From the NCBI GenBank assembly GCA_965197275.1, contig CBDAMQ010000020.1:47695-111694 (forward strand): a stretch of 64,000 nt of DNA. Reading direction: 5' to 3'. The notes beneath the pieces are model-generated. The model saw only the letters and a list, made by a program, of their open reading frames with translations. It searched no databases and was not told where the DNA came from. Position 1 is the stretch's first letter, and each line of letters starts with the position of its first letter. The translations under genes were made by a program, and so were the position numbers. Shown piece after piece: positions 9,569 to 17,842 of the stretch. This DNA comes from Acidobacteriota bacterium (lineage in GTDB: Bacteria; Acidobacteriota; UBA890; WLXD01).

Positions 9569-10002
9569 GAGCGTAGAGACGCTGGATCGGAATCGAGGGA
9601 ATCCAGGAAGCTCTGCAGAATGAGGGCTGCTGCTAGCTGATCCACGACTTGCTTGCGGCGTTTCGGGCGCACCCCTGATTCCGTCAGGCGTCGGTTGGCT
9701 TCGACGGTCGAGAGACGCTCGTCCCAAAGGCTCACGGGCACATCCAGCAAGTCGCGAAGCTCGGCCGCGACGGTCTCGACCGCAACGGCCTCGGGGCCGC
9801 GGGCACCGTTGAGCCGCTTCGGCAAGCCGATCACCAACCGCCGAGCATCGGTATCCTCGATGAGAGGCCGCAGTCGCGCTGCCAGAGCTTCGGACGCCTC
9901 ACCCCCCGGCAGCGTTACCAGTGGTCGCGCCAGCAGCGCAGTGGGATCCGAGACCGCCACGCCGATGCGCCGCGTACCCATGTCCAGACACATGTGCACC
10001 AT
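9565..10002 (-). CDS. ruvX: YqgF/RuvX family nuclease
   Basis: LDMGTRRIGVAVSD, VIGLP, WDERLST, VDQLAAALILQ. Confidence 0.94.
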   Translation of the reverse strand: MVHMCLDMGTRRIGVAVSDPTALLARPLVTLPGGEASEALAARLRPLIEDTDARRLVIGLPKRLNGARGPEAVAVETVAAELRDLLDVPVSLWDERLSTVEANRRLTESGVRPKRRKQVVDQLAAALILQSFLDSLDSDPASLRS

Positions 10003-10094
10003 GAGGCCAGAGTACCAGCGTTGCCTTGACATTTCGTCGCCCTTGTCGAACCGTCAGTCGCGTCGTTCCGTCCTTCGCTAGGACTCCGAGCACC

Positions 10095-10742
10095 ATGTAC
10101 CTGACCAAGCGCCAGAAGGAGATCCTCGACTACATCAGCGACTACCTGAAAGCCGAGGGCTACGCTCCGACGCTGGAGGAGATCGGCGCGCACTTCGGTC
10201 TTTCGTCCCCGGCTACGGTGTACAAGCACGTCCAGCAGCTGGTGCAGAAAGGGTACGTCCGTAAGGCGAAGCATCAGGGCCGGGGAATCGAGCTCGTTGA
10301 GGCCAGTTCGTCGCGCGGCGTCGAAGTTCCGCTGCTGGGACAGATCGCCGGAGGTCGCCCGCTCGAGGCAATCCGTCCGGCCGAGAGCATCAGCCTGCCG
10401 TCCTCGTTTGCGGCCGGCGGACCCTTGTATGCCCTCCGAGTCGACGGCAACTCGTTGGCGGACGAGCTCCTGCTCCACGGCGATCTTCTCGTGATCGAAG
10501 ATCGCAGCATCGCTGCAGATGGCGATACGGTGGTCCTGGTGCTCGGTGATCAGCTTACTGCCGTCGGCAGGTTCTTCCGCGAATCCGGTCATGTACGGCT
10601 CGAACCGAGTCACGGCGGCGGCGAGCCGCTCTACGTGCCGGAGGCGCAAGCACGTGTCCGTGGCGTGGTCGTCGGTCTACTGCGCCACTACCGATCCGTA
10701 TCCGCTGCCAGCCGGCCAAGGTACGTCGCGGCAGCGAGATAG
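10095..10742 (+). CDS. lexA: LexA repressor with atypical peptidase catalytic site
   Basis: MYLTKRQKEILDYI...GYAPTLEEIGAHFGLSSPATVYKH winged helix; VPLLGQIAGGRP; LRVDGNSL; S24 domain lacking the catalytic Lys. Confidence 0.9.
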   Translation: MYLTKRQKEILDYISDYLKAEGYAPTLEEIGAHFGLSSPATVYKHVQQLVQKGYVRKAKHQGRGIELVEASSSRGVEVPLLGQIAGGRPLEAIRPAESISLPSSFAAGGPLYALRVDGNSLADELLLHGDLLVIEDRSIAADGDTVVLVLGDQLTAVGRFFRESGHVRLEPSHGGGEPLYVPEAQARVRGVVVGLLRHYRSVSAASRPRYVAAAR

Positions 10743-11521
10743 CCGGCCAGGTGCCCGACGTCGTAGTGGCGACCGTCGATACGTGCGGCTGCAAGCCCGG
10801 CATGGCCGATCAGGTGTTGAAACGCCGGCACGTCGTCCCACTCCCCCCGCGCCGGCGGCCCCGTAGCCCGCAAGGCCTCGTAGAAGCGCTCATCGACGAC
10901 ATAGCGGGCGCAGCCGCGGAGTGTCGCCCCACCCGCCGGCGCAAACGCTCCGGGCAGCTTGTTCTGCAGCGCCAACACCTGAAAGCAATCGCCTTCGAGC
11001 GGCTTCAGACGAACGCCTCCGACATTGCCGAACAGGGAGTGTTCTGCGGGGACGACCTCGGTCAGGCCGAGGCTGCACAGCCCTGTCCTGACGTAGGCTC
11101 GAGCCACCTGCTCGATCGCCGGCATGGGGGCGTCGAACCAGTTGTCCGGCAACAACACCGCGAAAACTGCATCGCCGGTCACAGCCTGGCAGCGCACGAG
11201 GGCGTCCCCGATGCCGCGGGGCTCGTCCTGTTCGATCCAGCGGATGTCACAATCACTCAGCTGGCGACCGAGTTGACCCAGGTCGGTGTTCTCGCCGGCT
11301 CGACCGGCGAGGACAGCGGCGTCCAGATACTGACGCACAAGCTGCTGGTCGGGGCCCACAACCAGGACGATGCCGCGAATCTGGGCGCGCATGGCCTCGT
11401 CGAGCGCCCAGTGCAGCATCGGCCATCTGCCTACCGGCAGCAGCGCCTTCGGGATGACTGTGGCCGCTGGCTGAAGGCGCGTGCCGTGGCCGGCCACGGG
11501 TAGCACCGCCCAATCAAGCAC
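10688..11521 (-). CDS. Sugar-1-phosphate nucleotidyltransferase (GalU-like)
   Basis: AVLPVAGHGTRLQPAATVIPKALLPV, QDEPRGIGDA, VLLPD, YDVG; overlaps the lexA 3' end convergently by 55 bp. Confidence 0.85.
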   Translation of the reverse strand: MLDWAVLPVAGHGTRLQPAATVIPKALLPVGRWPMLHWALDEAMRAQIRGIVLVVGPDQQLVRQYLDAAVLAGRAGENTDLGQLGRQLSDCDIRWIEQDEPRGIGDALVRCQAVTGDAVFAVLLPDNWFDAPMPAIEQVARAYVRTGLCSLGLTEVVPAEHSLFGNVGGVRLKPLEGDCFQVLALQNKLPGAFAPAGGATLRGCARYVVDERFYEALRATGPPARGEWDDVPAFQHLIGHAGLAAARIDGRHYDVGHLAGYLAAATYLGRLAADTDR

Positions 11522-11586
11522 GGCACCATCGCCGACGGTGTGCGACCAACCCCCGGATCCGTCGGGCGATCATCTGTTGAAGGCCA

Positions 11587-12609
11587 CTAGTCGAGACGCG
11601 AGACGCGAAGGCCGCCGCGGGCGATCCGCACCGGCAGAACCTTGCCCGCAACTGCCTCGACGGCGGCAGTCACGGGCTCGCGAGCGGCGGGATCCCGGAA
11701 CAGGAACAACATGCAGCCACCGGACGCGGCACCACAGCCTTTGGCCGCGTTGGCACCGGCCTCCAGGCCAACCCGTTCGAGACGTTGCAAGCCCGCCGGC
11801 GCCAGCTTCGCGTCGATGCTCTTCCGCGCCGCCCAGTCGGCGTTCATGGCTCTCCCGAGGGCCGCCCAGTCTCCATCGCGAAGGGCTTCACCGGCGGCGC
11901 CGGCGGCTCTGGCGATCGCCTCGAAACCATCGCGCGCAGCCGCATCCCCCTCGATGCGGCTGCGGAAAAGGCGCCAGTTCGACGGCGCCGAGGTATGCGG
12001 ATCACCGCTGTACACCAGCATCAGTCGTTGCTCGAGCGCATCGAAGTCGACGGGAAGTCGCTCCATCCGCGTTTCTCCCGGCCGGTAGTGTAGTTGGAGC
12101 GCCCCCCCGTAGATCGCCGGATAGTAATCTTGCACGCCCGTCGGGAATCCCAGCACCTGCGCCTCCAGGTCGCGCGCCAGGTCTGCGAGTGTCCGACGCC
12201 GAAGCGGGTGGCCCGCGGCGCGATAGGCAAGACCGAGGAGAGCCACCAGGAGGGCCGAAGATCCTCCGATGCCGCCGCCGGAAGGGCCATCGACGGTCGT
12301 GGTGAGCCGCCCGGGCCGTCGCAGGCCAGTATGAGCCAGGACGCGCAGGACAAGGGCGAACGGGTCACCGTCGCGCCCCCTGTTGGTGGCCTCCTCGAGG
12401 GCGGACGCGGCCAGATCTCGACGTGTGCCTTGATCGCCGGCGCGCAGATTCCAGCGTGACCCGCCGGGCTCATAAACGGCCCGCGCGCGCAACGTCAGGG
12501 CGATGTTGACGGTCGAGGCGCGCGCGTGCAGCAGGTACAAGGGCCACAGGTCGAGTGTCCCCCCGGCGAGATCCGCACGCAGCGGTGCGCTCGATGTCCA
12601 GCGGCTCAT
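11587..12609 (-). CDS. GHMP-family sugar kinase (HddA-like)
   Basis: APLRADLAGGTLD, PSGGGIGGSSA (GHMP P-loop variant), TGVQDY, KGCGAASGGC; alternative start at 12744. Confidence 0.85.
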   Translation of the reverse strand: MSRWTSSAPLRADLAGGTLDLWPLYLLHARASTVNIALTLRARAVYEPGGSRWNLRAGDQGTRRDLAASALEEATNRGRDGDPFALVLRVLAHTGLRRPGRLTTTVDGPSGGGIGGSSALLVALLGLAYRAAGHPLRRRTLADLARDLEAQVLGFPTGVQDYYPAIYGGALQLHYRPGETRMERLPVDFDALEQRLMLVYSGDPHTSAPSNWRLFRSRIEGDAAARDGFEAIARAAGAAGEALRDGDWAALGRAMNADWAARKSIDAKLAPAGLQRLERVGLEAGANAAKGCGAASGGCMLFLFRDPAAREPVTAAVEAVAGKVLPVRIARGGLRVSRLD

Positions 12610-12771
12610 GCGGGGCCCCCCCGGTGCCGCTCGATCCACGCGGATGCGCGGACTACAGACTGCGCGAAGCTCGTCATCGACTTCCCGGACTGCGGTAATC
12701 CCAGAGGGTACCGTACCGGCTGACGACGGGACCCCGCCGAACATGGCGGGTCACTCCTGCGCCGGCGACCC

Positions 12772-13545
12772 CTACAACAGCTTGTAGGTGTCGCCATCGA
12801 CGGTCGTAGCCACGGTCCCTGTGAAGTGCTCACGCGCTTCACGCACCAGATCGGCGTCCGTATGCCGGGGTGATTCACCGAGGTGGATCAGCCGAAGCTC
12901 TGCGACCCCAGCCGCGGCGGCGATCTCACCCGCCTGCCGGGCACTCGAATGCTGCCCGGCAAAGGCATCGACATCCCGATGCAGCCCGGCACAGTCATGG
13001 ATGAGCAGATCGGCGTCGGCGCTCAGCGCGGCCACCGCGGTGCAGGGACCGGTATCGGAAGCATAGACGAACGCCCGCCCTCGGTGCTCGAAACGCACGG
13101 CGATCGTTTCGCGGCCATGTTCCGCCGGCGTCGCTACAATGCGACAGGAGGAAGAAGCATCGATCGCCGAATCTGCCTCCATGGCGACGTGACGCAGATC
13201 GATCCGATCGGCACAAGCGACGTCCAGGCCGTGGATCCGAAGCATGGCCGTGAGCGTACGTAGCGTCTCCTCGGGCGCGCATACGCTCAGCGGCGGTCGC
13301 TCTGAAGCCAGCGTCAGCGCGTGGGCCAGATGTGCAAAGCCGTAGACATGATCGACGTGATTGTGCGTCACGACGAGGCGATGCAGTTGCATGAGATCGG
13401 TGCCGAGCCGGGCCAGCTTGTGCACCACGGACCCCGGGCAGTCCACCAGGGTCCATACATCACCTGCCTGGACGGCAAGTGCACTGGTGTCCCGCCGGCT
13501 CCCGGACCGCGCATCCCCGGAGCCGAGAATATGAATCTCTAGCAC
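12772..13545 (-). CDS. Metallo-beta-lactamase fold hydrolase, RNase Z-like
   Basis: ILGSG, LVDCPG, THNHVDH (HxHxDH), SDTG, HSSARQAG, LIH. Confidence 0.85.
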   Translation of the reverse strand: MLEIHILGSGDARSGSRRDTSALAVQAGDVWTLVDCPGSVVHKLARLGTDLMQLHRLVVTHNHVDHVYGFAHLAHALTLASERPPLSVCAPEETLRTLTAMLRIHGLDVACADRIDLRHVAMEADSAIDASSSCRIVATPAEHGRETIAVRFEHRGRAFVYASDTGPCTAVAALSADADLLIHDCAGLHRDVDAFAGQHSSARQAGEIAAAAGVAELRLIHLGESPRHTDADLVREAREHFTGTVATTVDGDTYKLL

Positions 13546-13563
13546 GGCGCTACCCGACCCGAT

Positions 13564-14706
13564 TCAGAGCGCGACGTCGGGTTCTAGGACCAGGTCTCGA
13601 GCCTCCCGCAGGAGACGGCGCTGCACGGCGACCAGATCGCCTCCGAGCTCGGCGGCAATACCGCGCTGGTAGGTCGCCCCGTTGCCTTCCTCGATGATCT
13701 CCGAAAGCATGGCCAGGTGAGACTCCGTTCCGAGGGACGCGCTCGTTTCGCCAGCATAGGTCACCATGAGGCGAGCCATCTCACGCATCGGTACGACGTC
13801 GTGCGTCTCCGCGTCGATGACCGTGGCGTCGAGGCCGAAGCGCATGCCTTTGAACCGGCCGTCGTCCAGAAACGCGTGATCCTGCGCCGGCGCCTCCTCC
13901 CCGGCGCGATGCCGCGCGCCGTACTCCACCACGAGCGCCTGACACAGCGCTGCGATCGCCGCCGTGCGTCGCAAGGACATTTGCACGTCACAGGCGCGGA
14001 CCTCCACCGTGCCGAAGGTCGGATGGGCACGCACGTTCCACCACACGTGGCGCGGCTTTTCGATGCTGTCGGCCGACTGCAGCCCGGCCATCACCTGCTC
14101 ATAGTGCGTCCAGCTCCTCAAATACGGTGGCACACCCGACCGCGGGAAGCTGCCGAAGGCGACCGAGCGTGCCGAATCCCAGCCGGTGTCAACGCCGTCG
14201 AGAAACGGGGAATTTGCAGCCACGGCGATCAAGGGCCCTATCCATCGGCGCAGTCGATTGGCCACGTAGATGGCTCGCTCTGCATCGTCAACACCGACGT
14301 GCACATGGAGGCCGAACGACAGATTTCGTCCGGCGATGTAGCGCAGTTGATTGCGCACCCAGCGGTAGGACTGCGTGTCGACGAACTCGGTGTTGCGAGG
14401 GTCGGCGTACGGATGCGTGCCGGTGATCCCCAGAGTGCAATCCTCGGCCTCGGCGTAGCTCAACACCTTCCGGCGTTTTGCTGCAAGGTCGGCGACCGCC
14501 TCGTCGACCGTCTCGGCAATGTCGGTAACCGCCTCGATGAGCCCCTGGATGAGGTCGTAGGCCAGGAAGCGCGCCGTATCCTCATCTGCGTGAGCCATGA
14601 GCTCGTTGACCCGAGGTACCAGATTGCCGGTATTTGGGTCGCAGATCTGGTACTCCTCCTCGACGCCGACTGTCGGTCGAGAGCTTGCGTTGTATGGGTA
14701 TTTCAT
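13564..14706 (-). CDS. YbdK-family carboxylate-amine ligase (glutamate--cysteine ligase 2)
   Basis: TVGVEEEYQ, GTHP, GLHVHVG, AANSPF, WWNVRAHPTFGTVEVRACD. Confidence 0.92.
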   Translation of the reverse strand: MKYPYNASSRPTVGVEEEYQICDPNTGNLVPRVNELMAHADEDTARFLAYDLIQGLIEAVTDIAETVDEAVADLAAKRRKVLSYAEAEDCTLGITGTHPYADPRNTEFVDTQSYRWVRNQLRYIAGRNLSFGLHVHVGVDDAERAIYVANRLRRWIGPLIAVAANSPFLDGVDTGWDSARSVAFGSFPRSGVPPYLRSWTHYEQVMAGLQSADSIEKPRHVWWNVRAHPTFGTVEVRACDVQMSLRRTAAIAALCQALVVEYGARHRAGEEAPAQDHAFLDDGRFKGMRFGLDATVIDAETHDVVPMREMARLMVTYAGETSASLGTESHLAMLSEIIEEGNGATYQRGIAAELGGDLVAVQRRLLREARDLVLEPDVAL

Positions 14707-14832
14707 CTCGTTGGGCCGTCGAGAAGGCGCTGAGGAGGCGCGAGTTTATCATGGTCCTCCAGGTCAGCTGATGGCTCTAGAACGAGGCTGCAGCGGCCGC
14801 ATTCACGACGAACTTCCGGCTCGACCGCAGGG

Positions 14833-15795
14833 CTACCCAGTGGTCTCGATTCCGGTCGTTCCCGGCCCCCGAGCCATCGCATCACGTATACGAAGCGCGG
14901 TCGCCAGCGCCCGTTTACCCGATAGGCCGTCGACGCGCGGGGGCTGGCGCGACAACGACGAGCGGAGAAAACCGTCGAGCTGGCGAACCAGTGGCTCAGC
15001 GCGGTCCACGGCCACCGGGACTGCTTCGATACTCGGCCGACCGCCGTCCCTCCCCAGTCGATACTGCGCCACTTCCTGGGCCGAGAAATCCACCGAGAAA
15101 TACCTGGAAGGTTCGAAGGTCCGCAGCTTTCGAACGCGGTTCAAGCTCACCCGACTAGCCGTCATGTTTACGATGCACCCGTCGCTGAGCTGCAGGCGCG
15201 CGTTGGCGATGTCGATCTCATCGGATAGTACGGGAACCCCGACGGCCCTGACCTCCTCAACGTTTCCCTGGACCATCGCGTGCACGATGTCGATATCGTG
15301 GATCATCAGGTCGACCACGACGTCGACTTCGAGGCTTCGAGGTGCGAACGATCCGAGCCGGTGAATCTCTACGAAGCCCGGCTGCTTGACCCGGCTCAGC
15401 AACGCCTCCACAGCGGGGTTGTAGCGTTCGACGTGCCCTACCTGCAGCAGCCGGTCGGCGGCGGTCGCCGCCACAATGAGCTGGTCCGCCTCCTCGATGC
15501 TGCCGGCGATCGGCTTCTCCATCAATATGTCGCAGCCCGCTTCAAGGCACCGCAGGCCCACCTCCTGGTGCGCGAGTGTCGGTACCGCGATGCTGATTGC
15601 ACTCACCGCGTCGAGGAGTGCGCTGAGGTTGTTGAACGCCGTGCACCCGGTACCTCGGGCGACTTCGGCGCAGCGGGCAGCGTCGAGATCGTGGACTCCG
15701 ATCAAGTCCGCCGCCTCGCACGCGGCGTAGATGCGCGCGTGGTGACGGCCTATCGAGCCTACCCCGACGACGCCAACACGAACACGCTCAGGCAT
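14833..15795 (-). CDS. Gfo/Idh/MocA oxidoreductase (GnnA-like UDP-GlcNAc 3-dehydrogenase candidate)
   Basis: VGVVGVGSIG Rossmann motif, MEKPIA, VGHVERYNP, DLMIHDID, TASRVS; directly follows lpxA-lpxI. Confidence 0.85.
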   Translation of the reverse strand: MPERVRVGVVGVGSIGRHHARIYAACEAADLIGVHDLDAARCAEVARGTGCTAFNNLSALLDAVSAISIAVPTLAHQEVGLRCLEAGCDILMEKPIAGSIEEADQLIVAATAADRLLQVGHVERYNPAVEALLSRVKQPGFVEIHRLGSFAPRSLEVDVVVDLMIHDIDIVHAMVQGNVEEVRAVGVPVLSDEIDIANARLQLSDGCIVNMTASRVSLNRVRKLRTFEPSRYFSVDFSAQEVAQYRLGRDGGRPSIEAVPVAVDRAEPLVRQLDGFLRSSLSRQPPRVDGLSGKRALATALRIRDAMARGPGTTGIETTG

Positions 15796-16624
15796 CGTCA
15801 GCCCTTGCGATGAGTGCAATGTTGAGTTTCATCGCAAGCTCCTCGACACGAGGACGGTCGAACAGGACGGTCATGTCTGCTTCGACCGCCAGCACTGAGG
15901 CCGCCGCCACGTGCATGGCCTCCAGGGTGCGAACACCGATGACGGGAACGTCGAATCGCAGGTCTTGATCGGGTTTGGCAACCTTCACGACCACTGTGCC
16001 TGCGCCGCCGAGTTCGCCGGCCCGACGAATGCAAGCGTCGGTGCCCTCCATGCCCTCCACCGCAACGACGGCGCGCTCCTTTACCACCACAGTTTGGCCG
16101 ATATCGTGAGCACCCAACGCCTTGGCGATACGCCAACCGTGCTCGATATCTCCTTCCTCGCTCGCCGTTGGCTGGCGGCCGGCAGTCCAACCCGACGTTG
16201 GCATCAACGAGCGTAGATAGCGCGTTGACTCGAGCAATCGGATCCCGGCGGACTCCAGCACGTTGGCGACGGCCCCGAGCAACTGATCCGTATGGGCGCT
16301 TGGGAGATCGGCCAGAATGGACTCGATTCCTCCCTCCGCGTCGCGCTGGTACATGCGCTGCTGTTCGACCTTGCCTGCCATGATGGCCTCGTCAACGCCA
16401 TCTTGGCGCCAAGCGTCGAGGGTGGCGACGAAGGCGGGTAGGTCCCCCCAGCGGAGCCATACGATGGCGTCGACATGCGACTCGAGCGCTGGATCGGTGA
16501 TGCCGTGAATCGCCGCCGCAACAACGCGCCTCCCGGCCTGCCGCGCCTCCTGCGCAACCAGGAGGGGCATTTGTGTGCTGCCGGCGATCAGCGCCAGCGG
16601 CTTACTTGGCGATTCCGAGCTCAC
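15788..16624 (-). CDS. lpxI: UDP-2,3-diacylglucosamine diphosphatase LpxI
   Basis: LIAGSTQMP, DIGQTVVV, AVEGMEGTD, KPDQDLRFDVPVIG; adjacent to lpxA. Confidence 0.93.
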   Translation of the reverse strand: MSSESPSKPLALIAGSTQMPLLVAQEARQAGRRVVAAAIHGITDPALESHVDAIVWLRWGDLPAFVATLDAWRQDGVDEAIMAGKVEQQRMYQRDAEGGIESILADLPSAHTDQLLGAVANVLESAGIRLLESTRYLRSLMPTSGWTAGRQPTASEEGDIEHGWRIAKALGAHDIGQTVVVKERAVVAVEGMEGTDACIRRAGELGGAGTVVVKVAKPDQDLRFDVPVIGVRTLEAMHVAAASVLAVEADMTVLFDRPRVEELAMKLNIALIARADDA

Positions 16625-17387
16625 TGCTCTGTACGAACGACACCAGCTGGTCGACCTCCGGACCTTCGAGACCCGTTATGGCGATCCGTTCCAGCGCCTG
16701 CGTCGTGTTCAGCCTCTCGCGGAACAGTATGCGGAAGGCTCGCTTGAGATCGCGACGCACCGCGTCGCCGAAGCCACGCCGTTGCAAGCCGATGGAGTTC
16801 AATCCCAGGATGCGCACGTGGTTGCCGTGCGCTCGGGCGAAGGGAACGACATCCTTCGTAACTCCGGCGTACGCCGCCAGATAGCTGTGAGCTCCGATCC
16901 GAACGAACTGTTGGATGCCGCAGAAGGCGTTGAGAATAGCGTGGTCGCCAACCTCAACGTGCCCTGCCAGCGTGGCGGCATTTCCGAAGATGGTGTGATC
17001 GCCAACCTGGCAATCATGGGCGATGTGGGAGTAGGCCATGAACATGTTGTCGGACCCGATCCGGGTCACTGCGCCACCGCCCTCTGTGCCCCGATTGGCG
17101 GTCACGAACTCGCGGAACGTGTTGCGCACGCCGGCTTCGAGGAAGGAAACCTCACCACCGAATTTGAGATCCTGTGGTTCTGAACCGACCGACGCGTGCG
17201 GGAAAACGCGCGTCTCGGCGCCCAAAGATGTGTGATCGTGGACCACCGCGAAGGCTCCAATCTCCGAGCCATCGCCGATGCGCGTCGTCGGATTGACGAT
17301 CGCGTAGGGTCCGACCTTGACACCGGTGCCGAGCTCGGCCCCGTCGTGGACCACGGCCGTCGGATGGCACTCGACCGGCGGGCTCAT
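16602..17387 (-). CDS. lpxA: UDP-GlcNAc acyltransferase LpxA
   Basis: Hexapeptide repeats, PQDLKF, REFVTANRGT, HIAHDC, LAGHVEV, GLNSIGLQRRGF. Confidence 0.96.
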   Translation of the reverse strand: MSPPVECHPTAVVHDGAELGTGVKVGPYAIVNPTTRIGDGSEIGAFAVVHDHTSLGAETRVFPHASVGSEPQDLKFGGEVSFLEAGVRNTFREFVTANRGTEGGGAVTRIGSDNMFMAYSHIAHDCQVGDHTIFGNAATLAGHVEVGDHAILNAFCGIQQFVRIGAHSYLAAYAGVTKDVVPFARAHGNHVRILGLNSIGLQRRGFGDAVRRDLKRAFRILFRERLNTTQALERIAITGLEGPEVDQLVSFVQSSELGIAK

Positions 17388-17839
17388 CGCGCCGCGCCGG
17401 TTCCGGGATCCACCATCAACGACAGCAGGATTGCCTCCGCAGCGAGCTTCCCGTCCACCGTGGCGCGGCCCGCCATCTTGCAGGAACGCCGCCGCAACGA
17501 CAGGACGGTGAGCTCCATGCGTAGCTGATCACCGGGGACCACGGGTCGACGAAAGCGGACCTTGTCGACGCCCGCGAGGTAAAAGAACTTCCCGGCGACG
17601 TCCTCGCCCCACTCCCGGAGCACCATTACGGCGCCGGTCTGCGCCATTGCCTCGACGATCAGCACGCCCGGCATGACCGGGTTGTCCGGGAAATGTCCTG
17701 GGAAGAACGGCTCGTTCATGGTCACGTTCTTGATACCGACCACCCGCTCACCCGGATCTACTTCAACAATCCTATCGACCAGCAGGAAGGGATAGCGGTG
17801 CGGCAGAACCGCCATGATGCCCGAGATGTCGACGCTCAC
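17384..17839 (-). CDS. fabZ: 3-hydroxyacyl-ACP dehydratase FabZ
   Basis: LPHRYPFLLVDRI, GHFPDNPVMPGVLIVEAMAQ, FRRPVVPGD. Confidence 0.97.
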   Translation of the reverse strand: MSVDISGIMAVLPHRYPFLLVDRIVEVDPGERVVGIKNVTMNEPFFPGHFPDNPVMPGVLIVEAMAQTGAVMVLREWGEDVAGKFFYLAGVDKVRFRRPVVPGDQLRMELTVLSLRRRSCKMAGRATVDGKLAAEAILLSLMVDPGTGAAR

Positions 17840-17842
17840 TTC

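Noticed and set aside
10040-10080. Canonical SOS box upstream of lexA
   Set aside because: Only GAAC-N13-GTTC found; it fits neither GAAC-N4-GTTC, GTTC-N7-GTTC nor CTGT-N8-ACAG.
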